NCBI RefSeq assembly: GCF_964355755.1
Contig: NC_092672.1
Coordinates: 31,316,437-31,380,436, forward strand
Source: Antedon mediterranea
Lineage: Eukaryota > Animalia > Echinodermata
Length of the DNA: 64,000 nucleotides
Direction of reading: 5' to 3'
The notes under the pieces are model-generated. The model was given only the letters and a program-made list of their open reading frames with translations, ran no database searches and had not been told where the DNA came from. The position numbers were made by a program, and so were the translations under genes. Below, one piece after another: positions 1-11,000 of this stretch (the stretch's first letter is position 1; the number at the start of each line of letters is the position of its first letter).

Positions 1-1010
1 AAGAGTTAAATTGGCTACCCATGGAGTCACATGTTAAATTTAAGATCCTGCTGCTGGTGTTCCGATGCCTAAATAGTTGCGCTCCAAAATATCTCTCAGA
101 ATTGTTGACAGTCAAGAAGGGAAAGCGAGAACTAAGATCTAGTCATCAGGTGCTACTGGACATTCCAAGGAGCAAACATAGTTGGGGAGATCGGACTTTC
201 AGTGTTGCTGGATCTAGGCTCTGGAACCACTTACCTTAAAGCCCCATTCCCTACGTTTTTTAGATCTAATTTAAGATCACAAACTATATTTAATGTAAAA
301 ATAATACTATATGGTCCTATTGCGATAACTTTTTTCGTCTTTAAACGGTTAAAAATGTGAAAAATAAATCGATTCTAATAATTATAGCGGCCCGCTATAA
401 ATCCCAAAATGCATTACGCGCGGATTGATATTTTTGTTTTTCACCTGTAATTCGCCCACGTTTCGATCGATCGTGAAGCCAAAACAAATGGAAGACTCCT
501 AACTTTTCAGCGAAAATACCGGGTTTTCCCCAATTTGTATCAACGGAGTCTGGCAAAAATAGAAAGACAATTAATGCAGCAATTATACAACGTCAGGCTA
601 GGTATATAGCTAGCGTACGATGTTCGTACGTTATCGATGTTTACCAGCTAGGCCTACAAAACTAAGCCTAGCTAGGCTAGGCCTAAGACCGTCCACGAGA
701 GGTCGATCGCCGCGAGCTACTTAGGTAGTGCATTGTTTCTCACTTTTTATCATAATTTACCATAAAACGTACATTTAAGACAAGGAATGACATGGTTTAA
801 TGTTTTTAAAGTGATATATATGTATTAATTTCCAAAAAACGTCCAAAATTGCAGGGAAGGGGTCTTTAACATTAAACACACATCATTATTGAGTCACTTT
901 AAGTCACTACTCAAAACTCACCTTTTCTGATTTTTTTTTTTACAGCGCCATGAGCAATGAATGTTGGAATGGCGCTATATAAATCGAACGATTGATTGAT
1001 TGATTGATTC
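1..1010 (+). mobile_element. 3' end of an L2/CR1-group LINE (ORF2 C-terminus plus tail), interrupted by a DNA transposon
   Basis: ORF 21-239 reads ...FKILLLVFRCLNSCAPKYLSELL...LRSS...WGDRTFSVAGSRLWNHLP. It resumes after 869 as NIKHTSLLSHFKSLLKTHLF*, followed by a GCGCCATGAG...GGCGCTATATAAAT stem and a (GATT)n tail. This is a typical L2-clade end. Confidence 0.8.
240..865. mobile_element. Non-autonomous DNA transposon with TTAA target duplication (Kolobok-like MITE)
   Basis: TTAA at 236-239 and 866-869. The termini AGCCCCATTCCCTAC and GCAGGGAAGGGGTCT are imperfect inverted repeats. It splits the LINE ORF. Confidence 0.75.
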
Positions 1011-1278
1011 TTCTACTTAATAAACTTAGTCTTATAATATTCATAACGTTTTAATTTAAATTCCCAGCTAAGATTGAGTACTGTACTGTAAATAGACCGC
1101 GACCAAAAGTATTCGGTTACTGTGGTAGGGATTTCCATTCATCTTACGCGGCATTGTGCTGTGTTGTGTGTCTGTCTTATTGATCCTTACTACAATAAAT
1201 ATAGGCCTACTAGCTAGGCCTAGCTTAGGCCTTTTATTTTTTAATAATATAAGGTCTACTTTCAACTTTGTAACTTAC

Positions 1279-1347
1279 TTGCCCACCGATTTCAATATCA
1301 ACGAATACAACAGGATTGTCTGGATTTGAAGCTTGTACTTTCTGCAT
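1279..1347 (-). CDS. PPIH: First coding exon of a cyclophilin-type peptidyl-prolyl isomerase (most like cyclophilin H/PPIH; PPID not excluded); the gene continues off the left edge
   Basis: Minus strand ATG at 1347 gives MQKVQASNPDNPVVFVDIEIGGQ, then a perfect GTAAGT donor in phase 0. This matches the cyclophilin N-terminal motif NPVVFFDVSIGGQ. I found no exon 2 inside the window. Confidence 0.7.
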
Positions 1348-2085
1348 TTTCTTGGATGAAGTTTTAATGACAAATTCGTAATTCTATTGTTGTAACACCT
1401 TGCCTCCGACCCTTTATATTTAGCGCTTTGAATATTGATTTTTTGATTTTCACACATGGAGGATGTTTGAAGAAACAACAATCGACGAATCCAAAACGTT
1501 ATAATAACCTCTGAACTATGACCGTGGAGAAGGGCAACTAAAAATATTTACATCCATGATGTTTTGATCGAGTGTTGAATTAGAAAAAACCAGCATTTTA
1601 CTGCCGGTTTGTAGAATATTTGAGTATTTAAATAGCGCCGTTTAATGTTATCACTATCAGCTTTAGTGTTAACTTTATTTTTTCATTATATTTACATGAA
1701 TATAAATTAATTTATGCTAGGGCTAGGCCTTCCTTCTTTTTTCTAACCTTCCTTTTGCTAGCGTACTGAGACTGAGCTAGCCCGGCTAGGGCTGAGGCCT
1801 ATAAAATAATTAATACTATTTATAGCCGCCAGCCTAGCTAGTAGTAGTACCGTGGAGGCCTCCTACCTACTAGCCTAGTACTATTATTATTAAATATAGC
1901 CTAGGCCCTAGGCCTAGTAGGCCAACATAATCAGTAATGACATGTTAACAAAAATATGGGAAACTGATTTTGAGTAGGCCTCTATTCTAATAAGTAAAAA
2001 CAGTGCCAAATTAATTCCATCCATCCCATGTGTTTCAAGTTTGGCTATTGAAATTGATTATCATTTTATTTTCACAGTTTAGAAA

Positions 2086-5000
2086 ATGGGCTCCAGAAAA
2101 CCAGGAGATTCTGGCAACATAGTTGCAGCATTTGAGGGAGACCTTAATGCTATTGTCAAAGAGGTACTGTATCAACCTCATTGTGATGTTTACGTAACTG
2201 TGTTGATGTTGTTAGTTTGTTGTTATATAAATCATCAAGACCATATGATAATGCATAATATTCATTACATTTATTTTTTTTTCACAGTATTTGGCATATT
2301 GTGGATTTCAAAAAACAGAATTAATTTTTGAAAAAGAGGTCAAAGAAAAGAGTCGACCAATTAGAGATTCTCCCGCTCGAACATGGAATAAGAAAAAGAA
2401 AGATTTACAGGTAAAGGATGTTAACGCTTGTGGAGAGGGAAGGTGGGGGTGTAGGTTTTATGATCAACAAGTTCTTTCCAGAAATTAGTTAAAATCAGTT
2501 AAAATATTGTTAAACTTTTCATTTGTCACAACATGAACAACAAAACATCACTTATCCCAGAGGGCGGTCTTTAGTTTCGGAATAAACATATAGTAATACA
2601 AAATTTATAAAACGTACAAATAAATATCACAATTAAATATTAAATATAATGTTAGCATGTACATTTTATATCATAAAACCCTACCGGATGATACCGAGCC
2701 TAGCGGGCGAAGATTAGTATGATCCTAGTAATCTGTACATTTTGTAGTACGATTTATGGCAAGGATCTTAAAAATGTAATTAAATTATCCTTTATCTTTA
2801 ATTTTTCAGACTGATATTATGAACCTCTTCAATATGGGAGCACGGAAAGAATTTTTCCGAATTTGGGATGAGAATATTCCAGAAGGAATACGCAGAGGAG
2901 ACGCTACATGCAAGAAGCTTGAGTTTTATTTAAATATTTATTTTGCAATATTTCCCATAAATTATCAGATGTCAACTGGAAAGAAGGTTAATATTTTGAA
3001 AAGTTTTTGGACATATCAAAAGTACAGTTAATTGTTGAATTAGAAACCTGGGGTTTAATCCCACCTATAAACAATAATAATAATAGTTCATTCTTATATA
3101 GCGCATATAAGCAAGCTCTCAATGCGCTGAACATTATTACCCCAGTCATTTCCTGATCAAACACCTATGGAAACATACTCCCATGTATGCAGCTAGTAAT
3201 CAGTGCAAAGTTGTGTCTTGATCTAACCGGGTTCCCAATTATACACCTGGGTGGAGAGAGGCAAACGTAAGTAAAGTATCTTGCCTAAGGATACAAGCAA
3301 CGCAGCGAGAGTTGGATTCGAACCTCGGTCTAACGATCAGTAGTCGAACGTCCAACACACAGCGCCACACGCCCTCACAATGTTGTTCTATAGGTGGAAA
3401 TTAAATGGGTAGTTCTGGGTTTAAAATTCCCATTGTTTACTATAAAATATATATCAATTAGCAACATTGATAATAACCCACTTAGCTTTTGTCCACAGTA
3501 AAGCAGAGCGATAGTGTTGCTATAGAACCTTTTTTCAATGTTAAAGCTCTGTCTACAATATTGAACTACTTTGACAAAAAAAGAGTGATGTTCCCAAATA
3601 TGGTAGTGATATACCAAAGGTTAAATTCTGTCTACACTATCGAACTACTTTGACAAAAAAAGAGTGATGTTCCCAAATATGGTAGTGATATACCCAAGGT
3701 TAAAGTTCTGTCTACACTATCGAACTACTTTGACAAAAAAAGAGTGATGTTCCCAAATATGGTAGTGATATACCAAAGGTTAAATTCTGTCTACACTATC
3801 GAACTACTTTGACAAAAAAAGAGTGATGTTCCCAAATATGGTAGTGATATACCCAAGTATGGTAGTGATACGACATCATCATGTCCATATATATGGGAAC
3901 ATCACAATTTTTTTGTCAAATAACGTTTCCTAGTGTAAACAGAGCTTTAGTTAGAAATTCACCCCCAGGGCAATATATAACGTTTTCAATCTTTCTGAGC
4001 ATGAAAGAATAAGAGTTGGTTTAACCTGAGTTGTTAAGCCAGGTTAAACAAGAAATAAATTGTTAAAAAAACAATCAATTCTAAGATTGGCTTTTTTGAC
4101 CATGTAATATTATTATGGTTTGAATTTTCTTGTTTTTTTTCTAGAGCTCAATTAAAGTGGAAGATGCGATGAACGATTTTAAATCGTTCATTGAGACACG
4201 AGGAGCTGTGTTAAGCCAAACAACCGAATTCCTACCCTTTTATGCCTTGCCATTTGTGCCAGACCCCATCAAGCACCCGGCCTACAAAGAGCTGTTTTTA
4301 GACCAGTGGGTTCCAGACCTAAGACTGAGGGTGGAGAAATTTCTAGCACTAACACTGCCAGCTAGGCCACAACCTAGGCTCTTTGAAATCTATGTATCCT
4401 TTGATCTACCTATTTAAATTTTAGTGTACTTACTAACAATAGACTTACTGCAGCCACGATCAACATACTCTAAATTGTTATGAGACATTCAAGTCACTTC
4501 CCTATTTACTCTGTATAGGTGTTTAGTACTGTATAGACGGTTTTCAATCCTTTTGTGCATTTTTTTATGGTTTTTTATTGTATACTTTCTTAACATTTTT
4601 TCTCAGCAAGATGTACCAAATGGTAAGACAATTGTTATTATGATTTACTAAATTAAAAAAATAAAATTTGAATATATGAAGGTTTTAATATAAATTGTAC
4701 ATATCAGTGGTTGTATTCACAAATTTCACTTAAATACTAAGCAGTTCACTTAAGTCAATAAATATTTAAAGATTTCACTTTATAGTGGTTTTTATTTTTT
4801 AATGAATTATTATCTTTAAAACCTTAAATAGGCACTTTGTTTAAGCATATAGAAATTAGCACCTCCAAACAGTTTATCATGATTTTATTCCCAACTTGAA
4901 TGCAGATGTCTGTTCGTCATTTCCCTCTATTGATATCAAAGAACTTATAACACAAGAATCTCCTGTTCGTCCGAAGCGCGTAACAATTTCGAAAGGCATT

Positions 5001-8000
5001 GTGGGATAGAATAGAGCTATGGGTGGCGCCATTGTGAGCCATGGAGTAGGGCGCCCGCATCAAATTAGAAAGTCAAAATCATAGAGGGGTTCTGCTAATG
5101 CTCTAGGGGGTATAGAGTAATTGACTGAGGAGTAGGGCGCCCGCATCAAATTAGAAAGTCAAAATCATAGAGGGGATCTGCTAATACTCTAGGGGGGTAG
5201 AGTAATTGACTTCCTAGTTTGGAGGGGGTGCTGCTCCATGCTGTGAAATGGCGTCGCCCAGTTTGACCTTTTAACCCTGTACTTCCGATACTGTGTTTTG
5301 AATGCAAATTGAAGAACAGGAGATTCTTGTGTTATAAGTTCTTTGATTGATATTCATTTAATGATCCTCTAAGTCAAAATACCAGAATTAAAAAGTCTTA
5401 TGTTACCTTTTTCCGACAGAAATGTCTACTCAACTTCAACAACTCCAGCAGAATGTCATAGATGCCGAAAAGAAAGCCACAGGATATGTGAAGCGTTATA
5501 ACTACCTACAGGTGCGCCCTCTATTGAATTGTTGCAAGATTCCTTCCTTTTTGTGTTCTGATCGCCAATTTGTAATTATGCCAATGCAATTAGCCTGTTT
5601 CTAAAAACTTAACCTATGCTAACAATATCATGGACAGACGAACGGGCATCATTTGGTGGCAGCACTCGACATTAGGGGATCCTTAGGGAAGTGTAGAAAG
5701 TTGTGTCGTCCACACATGTGCGCAATTCGGCCGGGTAGGCTGCAAGTCACTAGTTATTCCCCCATTTACACTTAATATATGTTGTTTATATTGTCTTTTT
5801 AGAGTGATTACCATAATTTGATTGGTATAACAGCAGAGCTAGTTGATTCGCTTGAGAACTGCATTAATGGTAAAATGGTGAGTAAGTGAGACCCATCAAA
5901 AGTTATATAAATTAACAGTTTTGGTAGTACAGAATGATCATATTTTCTACTGCAGCTACTGAAGTAACTACATTACTGCAATAATATATGATTATTTTAC
6001 TCAGTGCTGTATCTCCAAATCTGCCCAGTATCATAGGAATATTTGGTAATACAGCATCTCATGTGTATCACATATCATGTAGTGGTTAAATTTATAATTT
6101 ATAATTTTTGTTTATTTAAAGGTTACACCAGAATATTTACAAACAGTATGCGCAAGGTTGTTTACAACCCAACTGAGGGAATCAATGGATACCACGCGGC
6201 CTGGCACGGTACATATCAAATTTTGTTTGAAAATATAATTGAAATTCTATTCTTTACTTATTTCCTTAACTTTTCCTATGCTTTCTTTACACATACCACT
6301 TCATCCTTCCCAAACACAATTTTCCCTTCCCTACACACTTCCCCTTCCCACACACAATTTCCCCTTCCCAACCCCCACATACTTCTGCTCTCCCAAACAC
6401 TTAATTCCTCTTTTCCAAAGCCCCTCCCCACTCTCCAACCAAACACACTTCTCTTTCCACACATTTCCCCTTCCTACACACAGTTTCCCCTTTCCCACAC
6501 ACTTTTCCCTCCCCACATACTTCTGCTTTCCCAAACACTTAATTCCTCTTTTCCAAAGCCCCTCCCCACTCTCCAACCAAACACACTTCTCTTTCCACAC
6601 ATACTTCCCCTTCCCACACACAGTTTCCCCTTTCCCACACACTTTTCCCTCCCCACATACTTCTGCTTTCCCAAACACTTAATTCCTCTTTTCCAAAGCC
6701 CCTCCCCACTCTCCAACCAAACACACTTCTCTTTCCACACAGTTTCCCCTTTCCCACACACTTTTCCCAACCCCCACATACTTCTGCTTTCCCAAACACT
6801 TAATTCCTCTTTTCCAAAGCCCCTCCCCACTCTCCAACCAAACACACTTCTCTTTCCACACAGTTTCCCCTTTTCCACACACTTTAACCAACCCCCACAT
6901 ACTTCTGCTTTCCCAAACACTTAATTCCTCTTTTCCAAAGCCCCTCCCCACTCTCCAACCAAACACACTTCTCTTTCCACACAGTTTCCCCTTTCCCACA
7001 CACTTTTCCCAACCCCCACATACTTCTGCTTTCCCAAACACTTAATTCCTCTTTTCCAAAGCCCCTCCCCACTCTCCAACCAAACACACTTCTCTTTCCA
7101 CACAGTTTCCCCTTTCCCACACACTTTTCCCTCCCCACATACTTCTGCTTTCTCCTCCCCACATACTTCTGCTTTCCCAAACACTTAATTCCTCTTTTCC
7201 AAAGCCCCTCCACACACTCCAACCAAACACATTTCTCTTTCCACACATACTTTCCCTTCCCTACACAATTCTCCCTCTCCACATACTTCTGCTTTCCCAA
7301 ACACTTAATTCCTCTTTTCCAAAGCCCCTTCCCACTCTCCAACCAAACACACTCTTTCCACACATATTTCCACCACTCCACTCGCCAATAATAAAGTCAA
7401 TTCCTTTTATAATCAATTTTCAAAATTGCAATTTTTCAGGCTGCACAATATGTTAGAAGCTCCGTTGCCCATTTCAGGTAAAAAAAACTTCTTACCACAA
7501 TATTTTATTATACAATTATTTTATTTAATTAATCAAATTTAATTCAAATAATTTATTTTTTGCACGATTAATTTTAAATATGTATTTTTGTTTGTCTTTT
7601 TTACACATTTCATGTTAATTCAATCAGAATCCCTACCATAGAAGAAAGGTAAAAGCCCTTTCATATCAGTTATTTTTATACGTTTATATTTTAGTAAAAT
7701 ATTAATTTGTAAATGTATTCTGCTTATGACTCTCTTGTATGTTTTACTATCTTCATAATAGCATTTTAGACTTACTATAATGCACTATTTTTAAAAACAA
7801 TGTTCCCTGAAGGGTTTAAAATCGCGCGATCACTTAAAAAAAACCAGTTTACACACATATACAGTACATATTCTGGTTTAGTTTCTGTGTATTCTTTATT
7901 TAATCTACTTTAAATTCTAGAAATTGCGCCTTTTTTACTCCGACTTCCATTAGGTCAATTAAAAAAAAAATAAAGTGATGATCTAATCTGTACAGTAACA

Positions 8001-11000
8001 AGGAATTTTATGATTAATGATAAATGGCAAAAAGGTACATACCAAAACAATTTAACTTTGTTATATTTAAACTTATTTAACAAAAATTAATTAGAGTACA
8101 GTTTCAGGACCCAATAAAGTGTCCCCTTAATAGGGTTTTCTCCCCTCCCCCCCCCCTCCACTAATATAATAGGGTGGTCCCCGGAATATAGGGGTTGGCC
8201 ATAGTTTTAAACTTATATATTGTTCATTTCATTGGAAAGGGTTCGTTTAATAGAGGTGTCCCAAAAAAGGGGTAGTAATGTACAAACATAGTCTGGTGGT
8301 AGTATAGTATATAATAGTAAACTATACATAGTGGTGCTATGGCTTGGTGGTTAACACACTTGCCTTGCAATATCAAGATCCAGGGTTCAATTCTGAACTA
8401 GTGCCAGGGGAGTAACTCACAGTGGTTTCCACTCCACTACCTAAGCCTCAAATAACACTTTTAGATTAAAAGTAATTATAAAATATGGATTAATGTGCTT
8501 ATCTGAGTTAATGATGAAATAAAAATACAAACTTAGCAAGGGTGTGGTCATAATTACTTGTTCGTTCTATGTGCTTAATTATTGTCGTTGGTGGTTGTTT
8601 TGTATTTCTATTTACTTTTAAAAGGAAAACAAAATATATTTTAGCTTAATGGTTCATCTGCTTGAAACCTGATGTACCTAGGTTAAATACTGGTAATGGC
8701 CTTAAACATCCTTATCACACAATCCTTAATATGAGGTAGATTTCTCATGTGAATATGCAGTTAGTAGGGAGGTTTCGCAACCTTACGATAACGAAAACGG
8801 ATACGTCTCACATATGTGAAACTTTTGAGCAGATCCCCATTTTATATTCGTAAAGCGTATTCGTGTTGACGAATATCACCAGTCATATTCGTAACTACAA
8901 AACGAGTATAGTTTTTGATCTATTTTGCACATTTTGCATTCGAATCAGGAATGATTCAGGATTATAATATAATTACATATTTATTGAAAGTAATTTTCTA
9001 AAGTAATTTACTAAAATGCCAGGCCAATTTTGATAAATAGCAGTTTTTAAAGTCCTCGCTCGCTTTGATGTTACGCTAGGCCTAGGCAGCCAACCACCAA
9101 GCAACACGTACATGCGCTTTGCTCAAATTTACCGCAGTCATATTTGGACGCGCCCCTCAATATTTCGTTGCCATGTGAAACAGATTTTTACTCTAGCTTA
9201 CAAAAACGAATACGTTTGCGTGATGTATCCGTTTTCGATATCGTATTCGTAAAATTGCGAAACCTCTCTACTATGCAAAAATATTCCCTGCATGACTTGA
9301 TAATTTGCTGTACTAGATAAAGTATGGGTCTGTTCTATAATAGATGACATTTATTTAATGAATTAATTTTATTTTATTTATTTATATTGGTGACAAAAAA
9401 ATATTAACACATTTTCTGTTTTAGTTTCTTCTCTATCTCAGTTTGCAAATTAAGCAGATTTTTGCTGAATAATTTTTCTGAAAGTTTTTTTTTTGGTTTG
9501 ACAATTGTAGTTTGGAGAACGTTGAGGAGCTGCCCTCGCTTGATTATGCTAAGATTAAAAGTGCTATGGTATGTGCAGAACCTAGAGAACAAGCCAAGCT
9601 GTTACAAGCATTACGATGGGTAAAACTGATTGATATTAAGTGTTTTCTACAGTCAATAGGGATTTTATGAAACCACAGGACGGTGCTCATGAATAATTTA
9701 TGCATGAGCTTTAACAAAGTGGGCAGAGCTTCTCGTGAAATTCTTTTGTCTTAACTTTTTCAGAATGATAAAGTTGCCATTTTCCCGTTTATGGAGAACG
9801 AATAGAAATGATGTATATATAACCTTCAATATACAGTTCAAATTAGACTTAAACGTGGAATTTTCAAAACTCTAAATAATATTTTAACTTCTATTTAAAT
9901 TGTTTAATGAAATAACATTTTCATTGGGTTAAAATGGCTGTGTAAGTGGCGTTTAAATGCGAGGCCCTAGCTAGGAAGGCTATGCCTAAGGTGTATCAAC
10001 GGAGCCAAGCAATTCAGAAGGGCCCGTGCCACGAGACAGGGGAGGAATCGGAGAGATATACTGCCGGACATCATCATCGCGCAAGGGTGTGTAAATAATA
10101 AAACGGCTATGTTGACTGTATATGATTTTAAGCTCTAGGGAACACAGGATATTCGGCGTCCTCCCCTAACCGTCATGTTTCGTAAAGTCCCTATTGTCAA
10201 GTACTGTGGTGCTCTCAAACACACTAATAAAATAGTGCCCTCAAGGTCAAATATGGCATAATTTGTCCAGTATTATAGGCAAATTCTGTAATACATGTAT
10301 CACATGTGCTGCCTTGTATCAGGGTGCTTGTATTATGTTAAGCTTATAGACTATGATACAGGTGCACATGTGATAAATATGTGATACTGATTTTCCTGAT
10401 ACTGAAAAAATGTTACATACAATACAAACATTCATTTTTAGGCTAAAGTCTAGGAAAAACATGTAACATGTAACATGTTATATTAACTACTGAAAAAGTT
10501 TTAAATAGTACAATTACAACATTTTATACTGACACTAATATTATTTTATTCCGAATTTCAGAGATTAACACAATCAGAAGAAGGTGAACAGCGCACTCGT
10601 GTGGTGAAAGATTTAGTAAACAACGACATATTAGGCTGCAGAATGGACAGTAAACTTCTTGTAAGAAATTTATGTTAAAATTGTTTTTAGTTCTTGTTCT
10701 CTTAAATTTGTTTTCGCTCATATAAAACATTAATCTTATTATTTCTAATTTTTCTGTTGTATGTTTTGTCCACAGGAACAATTATTAAACATCTTGACCT
10801 CCGATGACCTTATAGCTCAGCAGTACATGTCAAGGTTCATCAATGCTTTAGCATCACTTTCACCAGGTGAGATTAGAAATGATATTTATAAAAAAAAATT
10901 TATTTTGTTATTATGGTATTTATTTATACACGTTTACGAAAAATTGAATTAAAAAAATAATTATTTACTTTAAAAAACTGTAATTTAAAGTATTGTTTTT

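Noticed and set aside
1275-1481. ORF-track 68-aa protein MLFLQTSSMCENQK...
   Set aside because: Wrong frame. The recognisable cyclophilin peptide lies in a different frame (1347-1279).
1524-1538. RFX X-box upstream of the ciliary gene ARMC9 (GTGGAGAAGGGCAAC)
   Set aside because: Only the GGCAAC half-site matches, which is too weak to call.
6043-7381. Cluster of long overlapping ORFs (up to 293 aa) on both strands
   Set aside because: These are translations of a stop-poor C/T minisatellite inside an ARMC9 intron. The true exon (6122-6208) is in another frame.
8330-8410. Real tRNA genes at 8330, 21458, 3300-3375 and 56900-56990
   Set aside because: A/B-box-like motifs are present but there is no intact acceptor stem or cloverleaf. 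They are better explained as SINE heads.
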